Source: Mobula hypostoma (Eukaryota). Taken from it: a DNA stretch of 64,000 bases. The stretch lies in contig NC_086097.1 in NCBI RefSeq assembly GCF_963921235.1, forward strand, positions 3,348,001 through 3,412,000. Direction: 5' to 3'. Position 1 is the first letter of the stretch. Each line of letters begins with the position of its first letter. The notes under the pieces are model-generated. The model did no database searches. It was not told the origin of the DNA and was given only the letters and a program-made list of their open reading frames with translations. This document shows positions 23,501 to 36,694 of the stretch, piece after piece. The position numbers and the translations under genes were made by a program.

Positions 23501-24792
23501 TTAATACCCTGAACAGAGTTGGAATCCCTAAGAGTGATAGCAAGTGGTTCTAAAGCCAAATTAAATAATAAAGGACTAAGAGGAAACCCTGATGGGTTCC
23601 TCTATATACTCTAAAATAAGGAGATTTTTGATGGTTAGATATAACCACAGACATTGGGGCTTGATAAATCAGTTTGATCCAGGAAATAAATCCCGGACCA
23701 AAATTAAATCTCTACAAAACCTGAAATAAATAAGGCCATTCCACCCTATCAAAGGCTTTCTCTGCAACAAGAGAGACAATACATTCAGATTCTTTAAATG
23801 AGGGAGAATAAATAATGTTTAACTATCTTCAAATATTAAAATATGAATACCTATTTTTAATAAATCCAGTTTGATCATTCGAAATAACAGTAGGCAATCT
23901 ACTCCCTTTCTTGAATAAGGGAACAACATCTGCAACCCTCCAATCCTCTGGAACCTCTCCCGTCCCTATTGATGATGCAAAGATCATCGCCAGAGGCTCA
24001 GCAATCTCCTCCCTTGCCTCCCACAGTAGCCTGGGGTACATCTCATCCCGTCCCAGCAACTTATCCAATTTGATGCTTTCCAAAAGCTCCAGCACTTCCT
24101 CTTTCTTAATATCTACATGCTCAAGCTTTTCAGTCCGCTGCAAGTCATCACTACAATCACCAAGATCCTTTTCCGTAGTGAATACTGAAGTAAAGTATTC
24201 GTTAAGTACCTTTGCTATTTCCTCCGGTTCCATAGACACTTTCCCACTGTCACACTTAATAGGTCCTATTCTTTCACGTCTTATCCTCTTGCTCTTCACA
24301 TACTTGTAGAATGCCTTGGGGTTTTCCTTAATCCTGCCCGCCAAGGCCTTCTCATGGCCCCTTCTGGCTCTCCTAATTTCCTTCTTAAGCTCCTTCCTAT
24401 TAGCCTTATAATCTTCTAGATCTCTAACATTACCTAGCTCTCTGAACTTTTGTAAGCTTATCTTTTCTTCTTGACTAGATTTACTACAGCCTTTGTACAC
24501 CACGGTTCCTGTACCCTACCATAACTTCCCTGTCTCATTGGAATGTACCTATGCAGAACTCCACAGAAATATCCCCTGAACATTTGCCACATTTCTTCCG
24601 TACCTTTCCCTGAGAACAGCTGCTCCCAATTTAAGCTTCCAAGTCCTGCCTGATAGCCCCATAATTCCCTTTACTCCAATTAAACGCTTTTCTAACCTGT
24701 CTGTTCCTATCTCTCTCCAATGCTATTGTAAAGGAGATAGAATTATGATCACTATCTCCAAAATGCCCTCCCACTGAGAGATCTGACACCTG
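20525..24792 (-). mobile_element. CR1 ORF2 fragment interrupted by an L1-clade element
   Basis: RT ORF 20525-21325 (SGVPQGSVLGP, KFADDTK) continues upstream at 23913 (DVVPLFKKG). Confidence 0.9.
21365..23897 (-). mobile_element. 5'-truncated L1/Tx1-clade LINE
   Basis: DQTGFIKNR, ALEPLAI, SLYADDLLVYI, FSGYKLNLHKS, GGLAFPNFRFYYWA, SLNHMFWSC; A-rich 3' end; 15-bp TSD TCTACTCCCTTTCTT at 21350-21364 and 23898-23912. Confidence 0.92.
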
Positions 24793-25174
24793 AAAAAATA
24801 GTCAAGTTTGATGGTCTCCTCGGTGCTCCACCAGACAGAGCTGTTGCTGACCCTGGCAGGGCTGATCTGAGGACCTCACTGAACCATCCAATCGGTAGTA
24901 GCGACGGACGGTGTGTTCAAAGGGCAGAACCTCAGAACAGAGGGACTCCTTGGTTAATGGTAGGGGTCCATGGTATAAAAAAGGATGGGAATCAATGGAA
25001 TAGAGGGGCGTCCATTTAGAAGAGAAATAAGGAGCAATTTCTTTAGCCAGATGGCATTGAATCTGTGAAATTAATTGCAATGGGCGGCTGTAGAGGCCAA
25101 GTCATTTAATGCAAAGATTGATAAGTTCTTGATTAGTCAGCATGTCAAAGGTTGCAGGGAAAAGGCAGGTGAAT

Positions 25175-26607
25175 TGAATTGAATTGACTTTATTTCTTAC
25201 ATCCTTCACATACATGAGGAGTAAAAATCTTTATGTTATGTCTCCATCTAAATGTGCAATGTGCAATTATAGTAATTTATAATATATAGAACAGTCAATG
25301 TAATATAGACTACACTCAAATCAGTGTGAGTTCATCAGTCTGATGGCCTGGTGGAAGAAGCTGTCCCGGAGCCTGTTGGTCCTGGCTTTTACGTTTCCCG
25401 GATGGTAGCAGCTGGAATAGATTGTGGTTGGGGTGACTCGGATCCCTAATGATTTTACGGACCCTTTTTACACACCTGTCCTTGTAATTGTCCCGAATCA
25501 TGGGAAGTTCACAACTACAGATGCGCTGGGCTGTCCACACCACCCTCTGCAGAGTCCTGCGATTAAGGGAGGTACAGCTCCCATACCAGGCAGTGATGCA
25601 GCCAGTCAGGATGCTCTCAATTGTGCCCCTGTAGAAAGTTCTTAGGATTTGGGGGCCCATACCAAAGTTCCTCAACCATCTGAGGTGAAAGAGGCGTTGT
25701 TGTGCCTTTTTCACCACACAGCTAGTGTGTACAGACCATGTGAGGTCCTTGGTGATGTTTATGCCGAGGAACTTAAAGGTGTTACCCTCTCACCCCAGAT
25801 TCATTAATGTCATCCCATCTCCATTCCTCCTGTAGTCCACACCCAGCTCCTTTGTTTTTGAGACATTGAGGGAGAGGTTGTTTTCTTGACATCACTGTGT
25901 CAGGGTGATGACTTCTTCCCTGTAGGCCACCTCATTATTGTTTGAGATAAGGCCAATCAATGTAGTGTTGTCGGCAAATTTAATTAGCAGATTGGAGCTA
26001 TGAGTGGCGATACAGTCATGGGTATACAGGGAGTAAAGGAGGGGACTCGGTACGCAGCCCTGAGGGGCTCCTGTATTGAGAGTCAGACGGGTGGAGGTGA
26101 GGGAGCCCACTCTTACAACCTGCTGGCGATCTGACAGGAAGTCCAGGATCCAGCTGCACAAGGCAGGGTGAAGGCCGAGGTCTCTGAGCTTCTTGTCGAG
26201 CCTGGATGGATTATGGTGTTGAATGATGAACTGTAGTCCAAGAACAGCATTCTCACATAAGCATCCTTCTTCTCCAGATGTGTAAGGACGGTACGTAGAG
26301 CAGTGGATTTTGCGTCATCTGTCGATCGGTTGTGTCGGTAGGCGACTTGTTGGGGGTCCAGTTTGGATGGCAGCAAACTGCAGATATAATCCTTGACCAG
26401 CTTCTCAAAGTGCTTGCTTATTATTGGGGTGAGTGCGACAGGACGCCAGTCGTTCAGGCGTGTTACCTTAATTCTTTTTTGGTGCAGGGACAATGTTGGA
26501 TAATTTGAGGCAGGGGGGCATTCTACACTGGGTGAGGGAGAGATTAAGAATGTCAGTAAACCCATCTGCCAGTTGTGCTGCGCACATCCTGAGTACTCGC
26601 TCTGGGA
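25175..26607 (-). mobile_element. Rex1/Babar LINE (RT to 3' tail) inserted in a plus-strand CR1 3' end (about 25000-26710)
   Basis: LNDWRPVALTP, MLFLDYSS, TGAPQGCV.SP, KFADNTT, KKAQQRLFHLR; (CAATT)n tail; TGAAT at both junctions. Confidence 0.88.
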
Positions 26608-27619
26608 TGAATGGGGTTGAGAGGGATAATAAGTCAGCCATGATGAAATGGTGCAGCAGACTCAATGGGCCAAAGGGCCTTATTCTGCTACTATGTCTTA
26701 AGGTCTTATTGAATGTTGAAGATACTATCTAAATAAGCAGTAATAGCAACTAGAAATCTATGTAACAAATTCAGGAAACAACTTACTTTACTCCCCACAC
26801 ATGGAAACAAGTTTCAGTATCTTAGAGAGTAGTTAATGGGTGAGAATCCACAAGTTTATGGTTCTTTGTACTACCTTTACGAACAGGTATATTAACAGTA
26901 GGCTATATACCCCAAGTTCAAGTTCAAGTTTAATTGTCACTTAACCATAACGTACAACAGCTAAACAACATTCGTCCGGGGCGAAGGTGCAAGAGCCCCA
27001 TACAGTCACACGTGGCACACAACACATAGCATGTACAGTCACAAAAATGAAATAATAATAATATTAATAATAGCTCAGGTGCCTGAAGAATGACAGTGCT
27101 TTGCAGTACCTTATGGAATAATTCATTTGGCCGCATATCAACATCATGCCAAATAAATGAGAGAAAATTGATTAATGCGATAAGAATGGCTTTTCCTTCT
27201 GGCTTTGACGCAGATCCTTAATGTATAGTTACATATATATATAAAGCTGAAACCATCATCGGGCAAAGTGGCATCTTAATGGCATCATTACTACAAGAAT
27301 GAATCGGTGAAGTATAGGACAATTAATAACTAATCCTATTTTTTCCTTCCCTGAGAACAAAGTTGTCCTTGGGTAACATCACAGATTTCTGTTTAAAACA
27401 CTCTCTGAGGATCACCTGTCACAAGACATCATCATCTCTTCCTTGCCACTGACTCTGAGGTTTCAGAGCTCTTTGACTCATTATTTAGTCATTCTGAAGA
27501 TATTGATCCATGACAAGGGAAACCCTGAGGATATTTGACTTCATTAGTCTAAAGAAAACATATTGTGTGCATTACACATTATTCAAACATATTTACTTGC
27601 ATGTGTTAGAGCTATATAT

Positions 27620-28060
27620 ACAGAAAGGTGCTGGAAAAAAGCCAGTAACATCTTGAAGGATCCCACTCACTCTGCTCATGAACAGTTTGATACTCTTCCA
27701 TCAGGAGGAGGCTATATAGTGTCCATGCCAGGACCAATTCAAAAACAGTTACTTTCCCCAAGTAGTAAGGCTGATCAACACCTCCACCCACTAACCCACC
27801 CCTCCACTACTTTATCATTTCCTGTCAGTCACCTTATGTTCAGACACTCCTGTACCTGGCATCATTTTATGGACATACAAACAATCTATGTGTATAAGCT
27901 GTCTTATGTATTTATATTTATTGTGTGTTTTATTATTTTTGTGTTCTTTATCTTATTGTGTTCTTTTGTGCTGCATCAGATCTGGAGTAACAATTATTTT
28001 ATTCTACTTTACACTTGTGTATTGGAAATGGCATTAAACAATCCTGAATTAAATTGAATT
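27620..28060 (+). mobile_element. Rex1/Babar-type 3' fragment
   Basis: KASNILKDPTHSAHEQFDTLPSG motif; related tails at about 5005-5200 and 13260-13575. Confidence 0.7.
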
Positions 28061-28483
28061 TTAAGTGAATTGGCCAGCAACAACAAGTGGAACACATTCA
28101 GTTAATGATGCGATGATATGATTCTGGAAGACAGCATTGAAAGCACAGAACAGCTGGAAGTCATGCACTTCATGCAATAAACATTAAACTTGCCAAAAAA
28201 TGAGGCTGCTCGCGGGCCAGTCTTACTTGACAGAAGAAGGGTACACCTCTTCCTAGCTTTCAAAAAGAATCGTTCAGCATGAGGAAGTACTTAATAATGT
28301 GCTAAATCTTTAAATCGGCCAAAGGAAAACTCTGACTTCGAACACCAACCTTTATAAGAATGCCATTTCATTGCTTCAAATTACAATTATTGCAAATTAT
28401 TTCATTTCTATTTTATTTTTATTTATTTTGACTTTCCTTCTTTGCTGAGTTGACTTTGAATAAAATGTTCCTCCTTCAGTCAC

Positions 28484-28594
28484 CTTCCTGTCGATGCAAT
28501 GTTTCTTCAGCTTGATTGGCTCAATATGTGCAGAGTTGTTTGCCCTTTCAAGTAGATCCCACATGGTGCGCAGCGCAGTGTTCTGACATTCTTC
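28484..28594 (-). other. Candidate 111-bp phase-0 exon or conserved element in non-repeat DNA
   Basis: TTTGCTCTCTAG acceptor, AAG|GTGACT donor, open frame EECQNTALRTMWDLLERANNSAHIEPIKLKKHCIDRK; protein not recognised. Confidence 0.2.
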
Positions 28595-30319
28595 CTAGAG
28601 AGCAAACTCAGGTGTAATGGCAGAGAAGACGTCTGGCCAAGCTCATGTATGAAGATTGTTGCCACTGTCTATTGATGCTAAGAATAGAATTTGGTCTGAC
28701 ATTTCTCCAGAATGGTAGAGGCTGATGGAGATTTATAAGATTATGAGAGGCACAGATGGAGCAGACAGACAGTATCTTTTTCCCAGTTCTGACAAGTCTA
28801 ATACCAGCGAGCTTGCTTTAATGTGAGAGGGGGCAGGTTCTTTACGCAGAGTGCTGGGGTCCTGGGGTGGTGGTAGAGGCAGATACATTAGGGACTTTCC
28901 AGAGATGTTCAGATAGGCACATGAATACGAGGAAAATAGAGGGATGGGAGCATTGTGCAGGCAGAAGAGATTAGTTCAGCTGCCCATTTGATTACCAATT
29001 GAATTGGGTCAGCACAACATTGTGGGCTGAAGGGCCTGTTCCTGTGCTGTACTGTTCTGTGTTCTATGTTCTATACCTACACAGTATTAACTAGAAAGTG
29101 GTAAGTAAAGTATAACCCTCTCCATTCAATAGAAAGGTGCAAAGTGTTGATAGAAACAGTTCACCTGTTCTAATAGTTACAACTTAACATATGAACACTC
29201 ACAGAATTGATATTCCAAAGTTTCAACAATAAAAATTTTAAGGATAGATTAAACACTTCCCATTTAAGATTGCGCTACTGAGAACAGGTGACAGCTTACT
29301 GGCGGTTCATAAAGCAGAAATACAACTAAATATTTTAATAACATCACTTTTTCTGTGGAAAATTGTGGTAAACGGTCACTGCAAGCAATGGCAAGGCTGA
29401 CTAGGGGCTCAATGCAAACTCGGAGCGAGGTCGAGGCATGTTCGAGGAGAAGTGGTCAGAGTGAGGTTGAGGTGTGGTCAAGATGGAACTGGAGCGAGCA
29501 GAGTGAAGAACAGTCAGAGTGGATGAGTCTCGGTGCCTGTCCACCTAAACTGAGTGTGAGGTTTGATCGATCTAAGTGCCAGGCTGATTTGGAAAGGTAG
29601 AGGCCAAAACATGGTGGCAGGGTCCGTGCCCAGAGCGTGTCGATGTGATAAAGCCCAGGTCTTACAGCGAGGAATGACCTGATGTTTGGATGATCTAAAC
29701 ACTGGGCTGGATGGATTGGAAAGGCTGGGTATCGAGACAGGAGGCGTGGGCCGTGCTTGTTCTGCTCGCTGCTCCACGATGTATACTCCGCTCTCTGTGG
29801 CACTAAGGCTGAGGCTGTGGCCCTGCTCCAGTTGTCCTGGGATCATGTCTACGGACTCATTTTCCTGGGATCGTGTCTACGGACTCACTTTAGTTCTTGC
29901 TTTATTGTCTGAAGGATTTGTGCTTTTGTTTCTCTCTCTGTGCATTGGGTGTTTGTTTGTCTATTTTTTCATGGGTTCTTTCAGGTTTTTGTTTTGTGGC
30001 TGCCTGTAAGGAGACAAATCTCAAGTTTGCATAATTCATTTCCCTGTGGACATTCATAGTAAATCCATAATGGAATAATAGCTGAAACGGATGTTAACCA
30101 GGAGAACTGTTTCCAATCAGATGTAGAACAAATAATATACAAATTAGTTTTGTGTTGCAGAGAAGTGAGGGGAGGAGTAGAGCAAATAAAAGGAATAATA
30201 ATAATAGTAACTGATTTACAGCAACACACATCAAAGTTGCTGGTGAACGCAGCAGGCCAGGCAGCATCTCTAAGAAGAGGTACAGTCGACGTTTTGGGCC
30301 GAGATCCTTTGTCGGATTT

Positions 30320-30710
30320 ACAGAACACTTTACATACAGACAATATAGTTCAAAGTGCTTTACAATGGGATACCGGTTAAAACATGAATATAAAAGACAA
30401 AAAAAATGATAGTTCAAAGCAAAGTAAACTAAGTTTTGAGCTGGTGTTTAAAAGTGTTGGCTGAGTGTGCATCCCTTATAGTTTTAGGTATTGAATTCCA
30501 CAGTTTAGGAATGTAGTTCACAAAAGCTGACCTGCTAATTATCTTTTGAGTGAATTTGTTTAAATTTAAGAGACTGGTGTAAGAAGACCTGAGAGCTCCA
30601 GAGGATTATAAAAATGAAAATGATTCTGTAATGTCCTTCAGTCCCAGACCGTTGGGAGGTTTAAAATAAGTAAGAGAACTTTAAACTCAATTCGAAGAGA
30701 TTCAGATGTC
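30320..30710 (-). mobile_element. L2 LINE 3' fragment, adjacent to a short Penelope terminus (about 30221-30318)
   Basis: IEFKVLLL motif; 3' tail shared with 38870-39068. Confidence 0.65.
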
Positions 30711-31144
30711 TCACAGAGGTCATGGCTCATTGATTGGGAAATAGTTGGATTGTTCAGCTAGTTCTGCTGTGCACAGATTTGCCTGGTTGATAGATTAGTC
30801 ATGGCTGTTAGGGACAGAGAACACACAAAGGGAAATATAATCCGATGAAAAGCAGGAAAGAGCTGTAACCAAACACAGAATGCTGGAAATGTACAGCACA
30901 TCACACTGTGTCATTGCAGAGGGGTAAAACTGAGTTAACATAACAAATATGTAACTATACAGCAGAACTGGCCAGTCCTGACACCAAGAGAATAAACACA
31001 TTATCTGAAAATGTGCAATTTGACATGCAGCCCTGAAGGCTGCTATGTGACCAAATAGATGGTAAAATGCCATTCCCCAAACTTCAATTCAATACTAAAA
31101 ATTGTTTTCAGATTTCAGATCTGCAATTTTTGTTATTTTCAAAT

Positions 31145-31246
31145 GACTGCACTCTAGCACGCTTAAGGGCTCCCCTTAATAACCCAGACGTTTTTATCAG
31201 CTGGAAAGCTTTCAATTCTCTCAATGTGCAGCTTGTTGTGGATCAG
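31145..31246 (+). pseudogene. PIF/Harbinger DDE transposase relic
   Basis: DCTLARLRAPLNNPDVFISWKAFNSLNVQLVVDQ resembles the DCTH..I.AP....Y.NRKG.HS.NVQ.V.D block of HARBI1-like nucleases. Confidence 0.7.
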
Positions 31247-31523
31247 GAAATCTTCAAGATTCCACACTGTCGGGTATTTTTAGTGGCCAGGACTGCTCAG
31301 ATAAATCATTGTTCAAGGCTTTCTTAACACAGCAACTACACAGAGATAGAACAAAAGCTGTATGTGTCCTTGGACAGTAATGTAAGATAGCATTGTCCTG
31401 CCTGAGAAGAGATTTCATTGCTTTCATCTGTTCAAGGACACCCTGAGGTCCATGCCATGGATATTCAGAAACTTCACTGAGTTTATCACATTTTCTGAAA
31501 GGAACTGCCATTTCCCACAAATA

Positions 31524-31953
31524 AGTGGTTAAGGGGTGAATCTGTTTAAAGTCAGTGGTGAAGGGGGTGAATGTGTTTGAGGTCAGTGGTGAAGGGGTGA
31601 ATGTGTTTGAAGTCAGTGGTGAAGGGGTGAATGTGTTTGAAGTCAGTGGTGAAGGGGTGAATGTGTTTAAAGTCAGTGGTGAAGGGGGTGAATGTGTTTG
31701 AGGTCAGTGGTGAAGGGGGTGAATGTGTTTGAGGTCAGTGGTGAAGGGGTGAATGTGTTTGAGGTCAGTGGTGAAGGGGTGAATGTGTTTGAAGTCAGTG
31801 GTGAAGGGGTGAATGTGTTTGAGGTCAGTGGTGAAGGGGTGAATGTGTTTGAAGTCAGTGGTGAAGGGGTGAATGTGTTTGAGGTCAGTGGTGAAGGGGT
31901 GAATGTGTTTGAAGTCAGTGGTGAAGGGGTGAATGTGTTTGAAGTCAGTGGTG
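31524..31953. repeat. 30-bp minisatellite, about 14 copies
   Basis: Unit GTGAAGGGGTGAATGTGTTTGARGTCAGTG. Confidence 0.97.
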
Positions 31954-31959
31954 GGAGAA

Positions 31960-32943
31960 TGGGGTGAGAACAGATGCGCGTGAACTGGAAGAGATGTGGT
32001 TGAGGGCACCGTTGAAGGGAAATCTATTTCTTTGAAGAAGGAGGACATCTCCTTCATCAGGAAGGAAAAGTCTCATCCTGAGAGCAGATGCAGTGGAGAC
32101 AGAGGAATTGAGAGAACGAGATGGCATTTTTACGAGTGACAGGATGGGAAGAGGTATCGTCCAGGTAGCTGTGAAAGTTTGTGGGTTTATAGTACACATC
32201 AGCAGATAAGCTGCCTCCAGAGTTAGAGACAGTGACAGATAGAGAAAGGGGAGGGAGGTGATGGAAATAGATCAGGTGGATTTGAGGGCAGGGCGGAAGT
32301 TGGAGGCAAAGTTGATAAAGTGGCGAGCTCCACATGGGTGATGCAGTCATCGATGGAGCAGAGGAACAGTGCGGCAGTATAGGCTTGGAACATTGACTTT
32401 TCCACATAACCAACAAACAGGCAGGCATAGCTGGGACCCATGCAAGTGCCCATGGCTACACCTTTTGTTTGAAGCAAGTGGGAGGAGCCAGTGGAGGAAT
32501 TATTAACAGTGAGGACAAGTTCCGCCAGGCAGAGGAGAGTGGTAGTGGAGGGGAACTGGTTGGGTCTGGTGTCCAGAAAGAAATTGAGAGCTTTGAGGCC
32601 TTCCTGGTGGTGGATGGAGGTGTAGGAACTGGACATCCATAGTGAAAATAAGATGATTGGGGCCAGGGAACTTGAAATCATTGAAAAGATCAAGAGTGTG
32701 TGAAGTGTCACAGATGTAGGGAGGAAGAGACTCCCACTTCCTTCAAAATCAAAGCCCTCCCTTCCCTCCTCACTTTCTTACTCTGACACTCCATCTTTTT
32801 TTCTCCAGTCCTGATGAAGGGTCTCGGCCCAAAATGTTGGCTGTACTTTTTTCCATAGATGCTGTCTGGCCTGCTGAGCTCCTCCAGCATTTTGTGCGCG
32901 TGATGCTTGGATTTCCAGCATCTGCAGATTTTCTCTTGTTTGT
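31960..32943 (-). mobile_element. Penelope-like RT fragment with upstream inverted pseudo-LTR (about 32757-32943)
   Basis: QTKGVAMGTCMGPSYACLFVGYVE, SIDDC, YKPTNFHSYLDDTSSHP. Confidence 0.85.
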
Positions 32944-33454
32944 CTATCAAGTGGACTGCTTTGTCCTGGATGATATCGAATTCCCTGAAAGTTATCCTTG
33001 CCTTCTGCAATCAATAATTTCTATCCCCTCAAATGGGAATTTGCCCCCATATATATCTCCCCCATCTGGTTTAGCATTCCAAGGAGAGCATTTTCTTTGC
33101 AATGTCCTGGTCCACTTTCCTGTCTCCATCACCTATTTCCCTTCTCACAACAATTGCAACAGCAACTCTCTTTCCTCTTTCCTTCCCACCAGTCGGGACC
33201 CAATAGTCCATAAGGTCATAAGACCATCAGACGTAGGAGAAGAATTAGACCATTTGGCCCATCGCGTCTCCGCCAACTTCTCCCCATAAGCTTTGACGCC
33301 CTAACTAATCAAGAACCTATCAAACTTCACCTTAAATCAGAGAATCAGATCCAGAAGGAGATGCAAACAATGAACAATGTGATCACGGGCGACATCCTCC
33401 AGACAGTTCACAAAGCTACTTCTTTCATTTCTTTTGTTCGTTCAAAAGGTGCAG

Positions 33455-35325
33455 GGGGCTGGGCATGAAAGGAAGCCAGCAAATAATATCAAAGAGGATA
33501 CTAAAAGCTTTTTCAAGTATATAAAGAGTAAGAGATGGATGAGAGTAGATATAGGGCCGATAGAAAATGATGCTGGAGAAATTATAACGGGAGATAAGGA
33601 GATGGCAGAGGAACTGAACGAGTATCTTCACTGAGGAAGACATCAGCTGTATACCGGACACTCAAGGGTGGCAGGGAAGAGAAGTGTGTGCAGTCACAAT
33701 TTCCTGAGAAAGTACTCAGAAAGCTGAATAGTCTAAGGGTAGATAAATCTCCAGGACCAGATGGAATGCACCCTCGGGTTCTGAAGGAAGTAGCTGTGGA
33801 GATTACGGAGGCATTAGCAATGATCTTTCAAAAGTTGATAGATTCTGTCATGGTTCCAGAGGACTGGAAGATTGCAAATGTCACTCCACTATTTAAGAAG
33901 GGGGCAAGGAAGCAAAAAGAAAACTATAGACTGGTTAGCTTGACATCGGTGGTTGGGAAGTTGTTGGAGTCGATTGTCAAGGATGAGGTTACGGAGTACC
34001 TGGAGGCATATGACAAGATAGGCAGAACTCAGCATGGTTTCCTTAAAAGAAAATTCTGCCTGACAAACCTATTACAATTTTTTGAGGAAATTACAAGTAA
34101 GCTAGACAAGGGAGATGCAGTGGATGTTGTATATTTGGATTTTCAGAAGGCCTTTGACAAGGTGCCACACATGAGGCTACTTAACAAGGTAGAGCCCATG
34201 GAGTTATGGGAAAGTTACATACATGGATAGAGTGTTGGCTGATTGGCAGGAAACAGAGAGTGGGAATAAAGGGATCCTATTCTGGTTGGCTGCTGGTTAC
34301 CAGTGGTGTTCCACAGGGATCTGTGTTGGGGCCGCTTCTTTTTACGTTGTACATCAACAATTTGGATTATGGAATAGATGGCTTTGTGGCTAAGTTTTCT
34401 GATGATACGAAGATAGGTGGAGGGGCCGGTAGTGCTGAGGAAACAGAGAGTCTGCAGAGAGACTTGGATAGATTGGGAGAATGGGCAAAGAAGTGGCAAA
34501 TGAAATACAATGTTGGAAAGTGTATGGTTATGCACTTTGGCAGAAGAAACAAACGGGCAGACTATTATTTAAATAGGGAGCGAATTCAAAGTTCTGAGAC
34601 GCAACAGGGCTTGGGAGTCCTCGTACAGGATACCCTTAAGGTTAACCTCCAGGTTGAGTCGGTAGTGAAGAAGGCAAATGCAATGTTGGCATTCATTTCT
34701 AGAGGAATAGAGTATAGGAGCAGGGATGTGATGTTGAGGCTCTATAAGGTGCTGGTGAGACCTCACTTGGAGTAATGTGGGCAGTTTTGGGCTCCTTATT
34801 TAAGAAAGGATGTGCTGACGTTGGAGAAGGTTCAGAGAAGATTCACTGGAATGATTCCGGGAATGAGAGGGTTAACATATGAGGAACATTTGTCCGCTCT
34901 TGGACTGTTTTCCTTGGAGTTTAGAAGAATTGGGGGGGGGGGACCTCATAGAAACATTTCGAATGTTGAATGGACAGAGTGGATGTGGCAAAGTTGTCTC
35001 CCATGATGGGGGAGTCTAGTACGAGAGGGCATGACTTAAGGATTGAAGGGCACCCATTCAGAACATAAATGCGAAGACATTTTTTTAGCCAGAGGGTGGT
35101 GAATCTATGGAATTTGTTGCCATGGGCGGCAGTGGAGGCCAAGTCATTGGGTGTATTTAAGGCAGAGATTGATAGGTATCTGAGTAGCCAGGGCATCAAA
35201 GGTTATGGTGAGAAGGCGAGGGAGTGGGACTAGATGGGAGAATGGATCAGCTCATGATAAAAAGGTAGAGCAGACTCGATGGGCCGAATGGCCGACTTCT
35301 CCTTTGTCTTATGGTCTTATGGTCT
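33455..35325 (+). mobile_element. 5'-truncated CR1 LINE, frameshifted RT
   Basis: ORFs 33688-34230 and 34206-34775 carry CR1 RT motifs; (TCTTATGG)n tail. Confidence 0.92.
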
Positions 35326-36034
35326 AAATGTGTTTATGCTACTGTTAGAGCCTGTGATATTCACTACAGTGGTGTGATTGCGCAGTCTGGCCTTTTGTTG
35401 TCTCCACGGATGTTCCGTGAGGCGTACGGCCTCAAAGCCAAGAAACATGGAGCTTACGATTCACTCAATTTCTTGCCAATTAAAATGTTGAAGAAGATTG
35501 GAAGTTGCAGAAGGTGAGTGGTGTTTAGCACAGTCTACCAGCCTCTCTCTCCAGCTGTTCCTGCAGGAAGGGGTCTATGTGTGATGGTCTGTCTCTCTCC
35601 CCCTCACTTGCCGCTGCTGCAGGAAGGTCCCTACATTCAGATGGTCTCTCTGTCTCTCTCTTTCCCTTGATGCTGTTGGAAGATGGTGTCAGAGTTCTGG
35701 GTCTTGGGCAAGGTTTGTGGGTTGAGCTCTGTAGTTCACGTTATGATGTGTTTCTGCTTTCTAGATCCTTCTTTTTTGTTGCTATTTTGGGCAATTCTGA
35801 ATCAGGCAGAAAAGAAAGACTGAGCTGAACTGAATATGCCTGGACACTTTTCGATTTTGTGTTTTTCACTTGTATTTTTGTTGCCATTTGCACCATTTGT
35901 TTTTTTTTCATGTGGGGGTTGATGTTTCTCTTTGAACAGGTTCCATGGTTTTCTTTGTTTCATGGCAGTCTGTGGGGAAGACTAATTCCAGGGTTGTATA
36001 CTGCATACATAATATATGTATTTTGATTCCTTAA

Positions 36035-36440
36035 GTAAAGCCGATGACATGACCTCTACAGCCGTATGTGGCAATGAATTCCACAGATTAACCACCTTCT
36101 CATTCAAAGAATTCCTTCTCATCTGTGTTCTAAATGGACATCCCTCTATTCTGACCCTCTGGTCCCAGACTACCCCACCACAGGAAACATTTTCTCCACA
36201 TCCACTCTATCCAGGCCTTTCAATATTCGAGATGTTTCAGTAAGCTCTCCCCTCATTCCTCAAACCTCCAGCAAGTACAGCCCCAAAGCTATCAAACGTT
36301 CTCATACGTTAACCCTTTCATTCCCAGAATCATTCACATGAACCTCCTCTGGACCCTCTCAATATCAGCACATCTTTTCTGAGACAAGGGGCCCAAAACT
36401 GCTCATAATACTTCAAGTGTGGTCTGACCAATGTCTTCCA
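36035..36440 (-). mobile_element. CR1 fragment
   Basis: Similar to the 3' ORF2 region of other CR1 copies in the window. Confidence 0.7.
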
Positions 36441-36694
36441 GATAAAACAGTGTTCCTTTGTTCAGCATATGGTGTTCACCACACGATCTCCTTTACAATG
36501 GAGAACTGAAACATTGGTCAAATGTTTAGTCTGCAGAACATAGAACAGTGTAGAATCTGCACTTCAGCCCACAATGCATGTGCCAGCCAAGCAGCCAGAT
36601 TAAATTAATCACAGCTACTTGCTCATTATCCATATCTAACTTTCCCCACCTATCCCACCCCATTCCTTGCCTGTCTAAATAAATGTTCTGCCAC

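Noticed and set aside
23829..24503. 224-aa ORF as a novel CR1-L1 fusion protein
   Set aside because: Chance read-through across the L1 insertion junction; it stops about 20 codons into the L1.
31692..32057. Repetitive ORFs (GEGVNVFEVS)n and (KHIHPFTTD)n, or a CRISPR-like array
   Set aside because: These are translations of a 30-bp tandem repeat. There are no unique spacers and no cas genes, and the context is eukaryotic.
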